Under the pieces are notes generated by a model, which had not been told where the DNA came from, made no database searches, and saw only the letters and a program-made list of their open reading frames with translations. A DNA stretch of 64,000 nucleotides from Hormiphora californensis (lineage: Eukaryota > Animalia > Ctenophora), in NCBI GenBank assembly GCA_020137815.1, contig CM035350.1, positions 8,618,001 to 8,682,000 of the forward strand, in the 5' to 3' direction. Below are positions 52,908-64,000 of the stretch, one piece after another; positions within the stretch are counted from its first letter, which is position 1; every line of letters starts with the position of its first letter. Both the position numbers and the translations under genes were made by a program.

Positions 52908-55900
52908 TAAGTGACAGAGCTCAGAGAAATAGTAATATAAAAAGAGGGATTGACCCCAGATCTATTTGGGAGCTTTGAATGTACCTAAGCATAGATGTAG
53001 TAGGTAGAGTTAGGGTCTTATTATAGTGTCACCTTACCATTTCTCTCTCTTTCTCTCTGGGTCTCTTTCTCTCTGTCTCTCTTTCTCTCTTTCTCTTTCT
53101 CTCTCTGCGTCACGAACTTGCACAGGTGGCATATGTTTACTGGTTAGTCTACAACAGCCATCTCTAGTTACACACACACCCAGCTTATAATATACACATC
53201 TCTCTCTCTGGGTCTTTTTCTCTGTCTCTCCCCCTCTCTCTCTGTCTCTGTCGCTCTCTCTGGCCACGTTGCAGACACACATTAACTGTGTACATCGCAC
53301 TCATTTACACATAACAGAAAGATGTTCAATATATTCATACCCTCGTCCCTCTATCTCTCTTCATACTCCCTCTCTCTTCATACCCTCTCTCAATATATTC
53401 ATACCCCCTCTCTCATTCAGTGATAATTACAGCAGAGTGTGTAAGACTTACTTGTATCCATAGTAACACAGAACGATAACCATTATCAAGGCATACTACG
53501 AGGAAAGATGGGAATTACACACAGAGAAATGGAGAACATTCTGTCAGTATTTTTTGTTGATGCTGCGCCAAAATTGTGGTGCCAACCGCTTTTCATGTAC
53601 AAAATAATACAACATCAACCTTACTTACGTAGCAGGCAACTGCAAATGCAGATTTGCAATAAGTTGCAATAGCTCGGCAAAACACAATTTTCGAGTATTT
53701 TACAGATGTTGAAGTTTAGAGTCTTTATATTTCAAAGGGAAGAAGCTGAACAATCTGTGAATTTTTTAAAAAAATTTAAAAAAGATTTTGTGAAACAATT
53801 GGAAAAAACCCCAAAAAAAAGTTGGGGGATCAGCCCAGTGAAAAATTTTTTTTTTATTTAAAAAAAACAACATTATTGGCATTTTTTATATCAGGAACCA
53901 TTTCCCAAAAAAGGGGCGAGTGGAAAAAAAAAAACAAGAACATAACGAGGGGAAAAAACCCCAAAAATTGGAAATTTTTTTCCGGGCGTTTGCCCTGGGG
54001 TTTTTCCTTCTTTTTCGAGTATTTTACCCAAACCCTCAAGGCCCCAAAAAAGGGGGGCCGGGGGATCGGGGTTTAATCAAGGAAAGGAAAATTTGAAAAA
54101 AAAATTTTTTAATTTTCCTACCAATCCAAAACCATCAAAATTTTCCCCGGGGGTGTAAAATTGGGGAATAAAGGGGTTTTGAAAAACCTTACAAATTTTA
54201 AAAATTTTGTTTGATTTTTGGATTTGGTTTTTTTCATGGGCAAAGGTCCATGAAATTTAAATTTTAAAGGGGGTTTTTCCGGGAAAACCTCCAGAATAGA
54301 ACCCAACCATTCTCTGTTGACTGAGACTCTCAGACCTCAGTGGGAGATAGATAGAAACAGACAGAGTCGATGCAGTCACGCAGTCTCACTCACACCATGT
54401 GAGTGTCTTCCTCAGAGAAATCTCTCTAGAGATAAGAACAACAGATGGCGTCATGTGACAACAAAGCCCATTGAATTTGATTCTCGTTCTATGAAGCAAG
54501 CTTGTACACGTTTTGAGACATTGAGGAGACAGGAATTTAAGTTGTCTAGAAATATATATTGAAATAGTACAAATCTCACTGCGCTGGGTAGCTAATATAT
54601 TGGCAGTAAACACATGTAAGTCGGATAAGTCGGATCTCCTTCACAATATACTTCACACCATAACACCCTGACAGAACACTTGAGGGGGCAGGGCCCTTAC
54701 AAGTATAGAATCAGGAGGTGAAAGAATATTGTGCATATCTATACGGATTATTATTCATATGAATTACTGATATATCTATATCATATACTCATACCAAACA
54801 CTATATTATATCCTCTACTTCATCCTAAGTCACGGGTCTATCTCTCAGAATACTACTACAACTGATATCTAGTAAAAGCTGTGTGTTTTTCAGTTATAAT
54901 AATTAATAACATGTTAGTGGAACACTCGGGAAATTAAACCAAGACCGCTCCTTATCAATTGTGTGTTATATATCGTATGAACTAAGTTCTCTTCTTCTTC
55001 TTCTTCTTCTTGGTGTGTGGATAGGGTATGTAAAATTAATAAATAAAGCGTATAATTGTTAACAAATCTGTACATGCTAGAGAGAAGTGATTCATTATAC
55101 TTGAGAAACCACACCTGCTACTAACAACTGCATTGCTCCATACCCTTTTAGAAGGTTTAGAACAACACCAGTTAGGAGCATTTCAGCCATTAACATCTTG
55201 AGAACACACATGGGGTTGTAATGATATCTCTCTCATATCAATTGCTGAGTGGTGTGGTTCCTTTTGACAAGCTGGCACTCTGAAAATTATACGAACACAC
55301 AGACACTTGATTATAACTGTCAATATTATATGGTATAAAAACACAAATAAAAATTAATTAATCGCTAAAGTATTACAAAACTTCGAGAGAGAGAGAGATA
55401 TAGAAGAACAACGGTAGAAGAGATCTCTGGGATAGAAAAATGGGATTCTATTGTTAGGGGTCTTGTGATAATAGTCCGACTGGATTGACAAGAGAGAGAG
55501 AGTTCTACTCTTATCCAAATACAGCCAAATGTAACCAATCTACCACAAAATGTATCTCTCCAAAATATCCTATGTGACAGAAAAATGCTAAAAATTCCAG
55601 TATCTGAAGGGGTCACCATTTCTTTTTTTAGGCAACTGATAGAGGAAAACTTTTCCGATTTTCTAGAGGGATCAAAATACTTTGATATGCCCCACATACG
55701 CACAGACACAAGTTTCAAGACACACACACACATACGTACACACACACAAACTAATAATGTTGGTATAATATATCACGATTTTTATCATATTTGTATAAGT
55801 TTGGGTATATATTATATTCTAAGTCACAATAAGTTAATTATGAGTGAAAACATACAAAATTATATAGCTTATGTTACTGTATGTCGGCACACTGAATACG

Positions 55901-56490
55901 GTGCATTAGAACACGTGGTATAATTGTATGAAAAACACGCACACACTCAATCAAACACACATTAACAGAGCTCTTAATAAAAATGTTGTCATGGTAACTA
56001 AACACTGGTAACACTACCATATTTGGTGGTGCCTCCAGCGCAAAGTTACCAAAACAAACACACACATATATAAACTGGTAATTTCTCGTTTCGGGAGAGA
56101 GCTGTGTATATTTTCATATATATCTTGACACACCCACGCTGAATAAGTTAGATTTAAATTATTCTTAAAAGAGACACACACACAGAACGAATATAGATTT
56201 GTAATTTTAATCATGGTATAATAAGTTGCCCCAACACTGATCTCTCATTATCTAAAAATATGTGGACAAAAGATCCTGGAGAGAGAGGCAAACTGATAGA
56301 GGTGGAAATAACTATGCAAAAAATAGGGGGAATTAAGTGCGAAACATGTAAAGAATATCTGCACTTCAATTGTAGTAATTAATTGTGTCGTAGCATTGTA
56401 GTTAATTGGCTGCACCTATAATATAACTGGACTACATGTGTATAAACGGTACTAATTTAACTGGTATATTAGGAGACTGTCTATTATTGT

Positions 56491-58466
56491 CTATCGTGAG
56501 AAATCCTCCAGCGAAGATCGGCCGAGAAGTTGGGAGAGAGAATTCTCAATCTCATGATAACTGCTGCTCTGCTCAGTTTCTCCTCCGCGGCTGCCCATGG
56601 TGTAGCTGGGAGTGGATGGGTTACTTCCAGTGTAACCAGAGGAGTTGGAACTAGGGTAACCAGTGGTGTTGGTCTGGTAACCATAGTGATTCTGTTGTTG
56701 GTAACCATTGTAACCAGTGTTGTAACCATTCTGGGAAGCTGTAGTGTTGCTGTTGCCTTGGTAACCGCCCTGGTAACTGTTGGTATGCTGTTGCTGGTTG
56801 TTGCCATAGCAAGATCCGTTGCTGTTGTAACCGTTGAATCCTCCAGTATTGTTGCTCTGTTGCTGTTGCTGCTGGCTAGCCACCCACTCAGCGAATGGGT
56901 TGCTCTGCTGCTGTTGCTGTTGCTGCTGTTGCTGCTGGTAGAGCATGGCAGCCATATTCAGCTGCATCAGAGTGGCAGGAGGGATGTTGTTGGCTCCCAT
57001 CTGTAGCATAGCCTGCATGAGACCCAGATAGTTCTGGTTTTGGTTGCCACCTCGAACGGGGAAGTTGTTGGGGGTGGCTGGGGTGGCGGGAGCAGCAGGT
57101 ACCTGGTACCCACCCTGGTATCCATTGTTTCCAGCTCCCGCATTGGCAGTCTGGCTTTGGAGGTGGCTCTGGCCGTTCGGGTTTCTTGGGCAGTATTTCA
57201 GGGTGTGGGCATTCTCTCCTGTTGCTCTGCAGATAGGGCACTCGTAGGCGAACAGGATTGGGCAGGTGACTTTTCCCTCGCAGTTCTTGAGGGCGTGGGT
57301 TGAGTAGACACTCTCGTCCTCTCCATTGTTCCGACAAAACACGCACACCTGATGAGAGGGGAGGGGGTCAGTGCTGCATGTTTTAGGGGAGGGGGTCAGT
57401 GCTGCATGTTTTAGGGGATAGAGGAAGGGAAAGAGATGGGAAGGGAGACAGGAATAGAGAGGTCAGTGATGCATGTTGTACATATTGTTGTAGGGGGACA
57501 TGTTGGACACGATGGGGCGTGATTTTCTGTGAAACAGACTAGACGGAGGGGGGACACATGTGTGGTCGGAATTATATCTGCCGCATCATGTGAATGGAGA
57601 CATGATGGTGGGGAAACATACAGTAAACAACATGATGGGGGGCGAGGTAAACGTGCAGTAAGCATCACATGTAGGAAGGGGGGGGGGGTAAACAACATGT
57701 CACATGTAGGGAGGGGGGGTAACAACAACAAGGTGGGCGTGGTGAACGTGAGGAGGTTCCTTACCTGGGACTTGTTCCTCTTGACAGTTGTCTTCTTGTT
57801 CACAACGGATACAGCAGGAGGGGTGATGGGTAGACTGGATGGCGGGGATGTGGAAGGGGTGTAGCTGGACAGATCTTCCTCACTGACAGCACTGTCCTTA
57901 GCAGGGCTACCACCCAACTTCCAGTCTCTCCAAAGAGCACTCTCAAGGGGGGAGGTGGTAGAGGAGGAGGAGGTGGAGGGTTGTTCCTGTTGGTATCGGA
58001 TAGGCAGGGGTTTAACTAGATCGTTGAATCCAAAGTAGTCGTTGAAGCAGTTGAATGACGTGTTAGCTGCTCCTGCTGCTTGCTGCTGCTGGGAGAGGTG
58101 GGAGTTAGTTCAATGTGAAACTTGACAAAGGGACGTGATGTCTAATTTCATTTCATCTGCCAACTTCTGGGACAGAATAAAATAGTAATTCTACAAACAC
58201 GACTCAATAATTCTCTCTTCCTCTATAATATGTTTCTCTCCACCCATTTATGTCCCTCTCTCTGTTCTCACCTGTTCGATTGGTTGTTGCTGTTGTGGTT
58301 GTTTGGGTGGGCTGGGTGTCTGGTTGGGTCCGGCTCCAGTCTTATCTGTACTACCACTGGAACACTCGCTGTCACTATAGTAACCTGGGTCCACTCCAAT
58401 CTGGGCTAGGGAGCTCGCCACGCTGTGGGAATATCCACCATGACCACTGTACATTGCACGAAACAT
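56491..58466 (-). CDS. nanos: Nanos RNA-binding protein, exons 58466-58272, 58088-57765, 57348-56491 (458 aa)
   Basis: Tandem CCHC finger '[53 protein letters not shown]' and a NOT1-interacting-motif-like '[14 protein letters not shown]' in exon 2. Both introns are phase 0 GT-AG. Confidence 0.96.
57359..57418. repeat. Tandem duplication (~29 bp x2) next to the nanos intron-2 acceptor
   Basis: GGGAGGGGGTCAGTGCTGCATGTTTTAG occurs twice. Confidence 0.85.
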
Positions 58467-60877
58467 TGCTATCGGATATATACCGGTTAGTGGGGGGGGG
58501 GGAATATTATATCACAATTTGGGTAGAAGGGGGAAATTAGAGGGGTCACAATTTGTCTGGGCCAGGGAGGAGGGGGATCATGTGAAATCTAGATGTGATA
58601 TGTATCATGGGATCCGTGAAACGGGGGCTACAGGATCTTAGGCGCTGGCTGGGATGTCATGAGTGGCCGGGAGAGCTAGAGGGGGGACAGCAGCAAGCAG
58701 CAGGAGTCACCTGATTCAGACATACCAGAGCAAAAAAAAAGCTAAAATTACAAGCGGGATAAGATAAAGGAACACAAAATATATTGGACAAGTTCTATAT
58801 TTGAGGGAATGGAATTTCAGCCAGGGTTACTAGCCGAGGAAGCAGTCAGCAAATGAAACTGGAGGAGAATAGAGCCCCATGTGGAGCATTGATAAGCAGG
58901 TCAGATAGCACCCCCCTGGAAACGTAACACAATTACTCTCCTGTGCGATAAGAAAACATCTACCTCCCCCCTCTCTCTCTCCCTCTCTCCCGTGCCAGCT
59001 GCAGTACTAAATGAAGGACGAGTGCATGCGAGAGGGTTCCCCCTGTTTTTATACAACAACGGCACCAAACTATATAAAGGAGAGGTGGGGCGGGGTTGGG
59101 CAACTGATAAGACCGAATGAGAGGAATGGAGAGAAATGAAGAGAGAGAAACTGTAAAATGAACATGAAGAGAGCGAGCGAAATGAAAATTGCAAAAAGAT
59201 AGGAGGAGTGGAATTTCCCCAATTAGGACTGATCATGATACGCGAAATTGCCATCTGCACAACCCAGGGGGAAACATGGAGGTGCAAGAAGACAGCGGTA
59301 CCAACCAAAGTGAGAACTCTCTGTGTGACAGTTGTTGCCTTGGAAACAAAGAGATCACGTTGTCGGGTCACTGTGCCTCTCTCAATCCAGCTCAATTGAA
59401 TTAAGGGTGTATGATGTCATACAGAGAGAGAGAGAGAGGGAGCAGCTAGAAAGTGAGAAATTGAGAAGATTTTTATGCAGGATAAGGGAGAGAGAGAGAG
59501 AGTGAGAGAGAGACTAGAGAGAGAGAGAGACAGGAGAAAGAGATAATAATGGACGAGTATCCCGTACAGGGACCTGGACCGTGAACTGCAAGGAGAAATA
59601 AACGAACGGGGCATAATCGTGGAAACAGGTGAGGGATGCAGAATGAAAACGGAAGAATAACCAAAGAAGGGGGATCAATTTAATTAAGGGGAAAAATTTT
59701 AGCGCGGGAGAGGATTAAAAGATCAAAATGGGCACAAGGGGATACGGGAAAGATGCGGGAGGAGTAAGAGAGAAGAGAGAGAGAAAAAAGAAGAGAGAGA
59801 GGAGAGGTGAGCGGGGGGAAGAGGAGAGAAAGACGAGAGCAGCCAGAGAGAGAAGAGAGAGAGAGAGAGAAGAGAGAGGAGAGATAGCGTGAGAGAGAGA
59901 GTGAGAAGGTGACTAAAGAGGAACTCTGTGAATCTAATTGTGGTCAGGGCCGGTCAGGGAGATTGTTTTAACGACAAGCCCGATCGAACGCGAGAGAGGA
60001 AAAGACACGATGGAAAAATGATAGGGAGGTAGACAAATAGTAACACGCACAAAGGGTGACAAAGAGAGAGGGAGGGAGAGAGAGAGAGAGATGAGAAAAG
60101 GCGAGATAGAGAAAGAAGAGAGGGAGTGATAAGGTACCTATACAACACAGTCCAGGGCGGCGGTTAAAAGACCATCATGTGGATTCAGAGACTTGTGCTT
60201 GAGCTGCAGAAACCCAGTCTACCGGAGCAGCAGCATCGCAATGCAACTACTATTCAATCAACAGCCCAAAAATAACATTACTTTACCCAATGATCAGATC
60301 ATGCTCCTCTCCTTCTCTCTCTCTCTCTTCAAACGTCTCATCTCGTCATCGTCTCTCTCTCGTCTCTCTCTCTCTCTCTCTCCCCCCCCCCCCCCCTCTC
60401 TCTCTCTCTCTGTCTCTCCCTCCGGATCTCTCTCTCCATCTCCATCTCCCTCCGAATAACTACCCAAATGCAGTCCAAAAGTCTTCCACCCACCTACCCA
60501 GTACCCACCTCTCATATTCCTCAAATCATCTCTCTATCACAACCCCACTCCATTTCTCCAGTTCGCCACTTCTCCCCCCAACCCCGTCCCACCTTAATCT
60601 CTCCTACTACTCTCCCCCCCTTCTCCCACTACACACTCCCGATCCCTCCGAAAACTCCTCTCAATCCTCTCTATCTCTCTCATCTCTCTCACTCACTCCG
60701 CCAGCAAAGAGAGCGCCAGGATGATCACGCCCCCTGAGGGTCCATTAGTAGCCCCTCTCTCCCACTCTCCCCACACCTTCAAACACTGGAGGCGGGATTC
60801 ATGATGGACTGTAAAGAGAGAGGGAGGGAGGGCACACAGAGGAGAGACAGGACGGGGGAGCACGAGGAGAGAAGAGG

Positions 60878-60908
<31 letters not shown>

Positions 60909-63900
60909 AGAGAGGGAAGGAGAGAGAGAGAGAGGAGGAAGACGAGAGGAAAGAGAGAGAGGAGAATGGAGAGTAGGCTGCGATCAACACTCCAAAGTGC
61001 AATAACAACAAATAAAAAAAGAAAATCCCTGGAGTTCTAATCTCCCCTAATTTAGGATATGGTATTTGAGTGTGGTGTGGGTGTGTAGAATGTGGTGGTG
61101 TAGTGTGTGTGTAGTTTTACCTCACATTAATTGGGTAATATTACATCGTTACACACCGGGTACACACAGCCCCTCCTCCGTCCCCCCACATACTGTCCCC
61201 TGAGGCTGGAGATTGAAATACAAACACCGGAAACACAATCTAACCGCTAGATCTCTAGTTGCTGCAGATGTGACCAAATAGACATTGATCGGACCCTCCA
61301 ATATTATAAGTATGTGACCGTTATTTCCAAACAGCGGCGAAATGTGCCGATAAAAGGTGCAAAAAGGAGAGGGATCGAAAGAGGGGTTTGCAACACATAA
61401 TATCTGGTGTGATAATATTGTTATCCACATCACGGCGGTGGGCATTAAAGGTGTAAAAAGCGGGAAAATAGAGAATGGTAAAACCCACAAAAGATGAGGG
61501 GTGCACCAACATTATGTCTGCGACATAAACATAAAGAGGGGGAAATTCCACTTACATAATCAATCCAACAACATAGAATTCTGTGCAGTGAGGGGGCGTG
61601 AGGGGCAATTGATAGACATAGGATTTTGTTACGAGAGAGACACGAAGTTCAACTGTCTTTTAAGCTACTAGCGCAATATTACACAATAAACATTTTTTTT
61701 TTTTTTTATTTTTATCAGACCATGGAGATCAAAAAGAACTGAGACATAGTCTCACTATAAAACAGAGACTCACTACTAAATTACAGAGATGATGGTTGTT
61801 GCGACCAGGGAGGGGATCAATGTTGAGTTGAACATAAAACAGAGACTCACTACTAAATTACAGAGTCTCACAGCTCACTACTAAAAACAGGGCACGTTGT
61901 GACTCTGTGGTGGTACACATGTGTATTATATGTGGGGTGTCAGTTGAGTCATGTCATGCAAGCGAACCTTTAGCGAGCCACGCGTTGGTCCACCTTGATT
62001 CTCTCTTCTCATATATCACACACATATAGGGGTAGTCACGTGATGCGACAAGCATGCTCACCTCGACCGAGACGCAGAGCAGATAGAAGAGAGAGAGTAG
62101 AGAGAGAGAGACGGCGAGAGAGAGAGGAGTGAGACAGAGTGACTAACGGTCATTGAAAAAAAAAGGAGACAACACAAGTGTATGTTATGTGTGCAATAAG
62201 TGCTCTTGAATAGAGCTCAATCTCTTCTCACGTGACCTCAGACTGCAGTCAGGGTAACGGTAAAACCCATCACGCTCTCACTCTCTCACTCTCTCTCTCT
62301 ATCTCTCTGATCTCTCTCTCTGATCTCTCTCGCTTTCTACTCAGTCCCAAAGATTTTAAAGCGAGAGAGAAGATGAGGGCCAGAATGGGGTCCAAGAGTT
62401 GGGCAGGGCGCCAGAAAAGAGTTCCTGGCTACCGATACACTGTAGTGCAGTACAACATGCTACTATCGTGAGCTTCTCTCAGACATGGAGTGGGAGAGTG
62501 AGAAAGAGAGAGAGAGAGAGTGTGTGAGAAGAGAAGAGAGAGACGCATGAGAAAGAGAGAGAGATCGAGAGAGAGATGAGAGAGAGAGAGAGAGAGAGAG
62601 AATGAATGTCGAAGAATTAAAAGGGACCGGATTGTGCTATTGTCGTCATGGAAGGACAAACACAAACAACACCACGGCCTGCAGATCCGTGAGCACGCAG
62701 CCGCCCGGGTATGTGATACTGAGGGGGGTGTGGAGGATACGGTATGTTTATGGAGGAAGGCAGTCAGAAGAATCCAGGACCATTGAGGAACATTCATACG
62801 AGAGATGAGTTAAAAGCAGGAGAATGGGAGGAGAATGGAATTGGAAGCAGGAGCCCGGGCACGTGCTGGTGCGGGGGACAGCCACCTTTGGTACAACTAC
62901 AGAGATACGGAATATCAGAGCGCCAATACATAAAGAAAAAAAAAAAAATTTCCAGTATGGGAGGAAGACCTCTCTTACAGCAGCATCTTCCAACGCGTGA
63001 AAAGCCCCAGTTGTCTGAAGCCCCCCCCCCGTGAAGGGACTGAAAAAAGAGGTCGTACAACCTATCATCAATCCTTCGTTCTTGGTTTCTAAAGAAAAAG
63101 AGACAGGGGGAAGGATAAAGAGAACTGCTTGGAGAGAGGGAGATAGAGACTCAAAGGAGTGGTTCAAACAATTACACAAATCCATCATGTTGTGTCCGGC
63201 TCCCCTATATTTTTACCATAGTATAGTACCTATTCCCCCTACTAGCCGATCTAAATAGAGGATGGATACACAGTGAAATTCATGGGTATACGTGAGAGCC
63301 CTCATAGAAACAGAGAGGAACGAGAAATAGGGGGTTAATTGACATCTTCTGCAGCTCAGTAACCAAGAGGGGAAGATGTGAGGTGAGATAGACACTGACA
63401 TAGATTAAAGAGGGCTAATCAATGGAGAGCTGAATCTAAAGATGCTAGTAGAGGGAAGGAGAGGGATTTGGCTTGTAATTGTTAACAGCACGTGGATGAG
63501 ATCCTAAACTAAAAAACACGTGGCGCGCAAAAGGGGGAACAAATTTTCTAAGCTATCTTCAAACACGGTATCAACAGAGACATGACATCAGCTACTCAAC
63601 CAAGGACGCCAAAACCCTTAGTCCCTGGTAGAATCATAAAAATGCGTTAAACTGGACCGTTCCAGAACCCCCATGAAACCCACCCTTAATTCATGAACCA
63701 GGAGTTTAGAAATGACAAATCTTCTGTCAAGATCTGAGGTGGGGCATCTTGAGGGCAAGAATAGAAGAAAGAGGTAAAAGAAAGTATGCCAGGGAACCAG
63801 AGGAGAGAGAGAGAGAATAGAGAAGAGAGAGAGAAGTATTATGTAAGAGAGACCCAGAGAGAAGAGCAAGAGATTGCCACCGCCCCCAGTTATAAACCGT

Positions 63901-64000
63901 GAAGCAGAGACAGAGAGAAAAGGAGAGGGACCGTCTGGGTATGGGAAAAGTAATAACCACCCTTCACCACAAGCCCCATAAATACAGTGGAGCCCGGTGT

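Noticed and set aside
51060-54310. Irregular GA-rich tract and FFKK-rich ORFs (also 59400-61060)
   Set aside because: Degenerate or error-prone microsatellite and homopolymer sequence with no coherent coding signal.
55300-56490. Possible Pumilio/NRE elements in the nanos 3' UTR
   Set aside because: I found no clear TGTANATA match by eye, and the UTR end is undefined.
56530-57864. Plus-strand and alternative-frame ORFs overlapping nanos, and likewise those over the ZF gene and GPCR
   Set aside because: They are antisense or frame shadows of real coding exons.

Overview
This is intron-rich eukaryotic (animal) DNA, full of (AG)n/(CT)n microsatellites, and most ORF-track entries are spurious. 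It is probably from the ctenophore Pleurobrachia; this is inferred from a ~110-bp MITE whose translation I recognise from P. bachei gene models. Genes recovered by manual splicing: (1) the 3' part of a CEP162-like coiled-coil gene (+, 1-3374); (2) a Shaker-superfamily Kv channel (-, constant exons 9298-4771) with an intronic tRNA-Pro(AGG); (3) a fragmented TTC22/IFIT-like TPR gene (+, 32226-39022) with a 34-bp higher-order minisatellite in an intron; (4) a two-exon class-A-like GPCR (-, 41472-40147); (5) a multi-C2H2 zinc-finger gene (-, 49354-46075); (6) nanos (-, 58466-56491). There are also several MITEs and foldback elements and decayed GPCR/RING remnants. The main finding is that the ~20 kb upstream of the Kv channel is not empty. 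It holds about a dozen short ATG-initiated exons, each ending in a phase-2 splice donor that fits the single phase-2 acceptor of the first constant Kv exon. Many encode hydrophobic-then-basic peptides resembling N-type inactivation balls, and three begin MIAAT. This suggests a protocadherin-like variable-first-exon array on a channel whose S6 gate (PMT, no Gly hinge) looks like a regulatory subunit. Several single-base frameshifts and garbled tracts indicate limited assembly quality.
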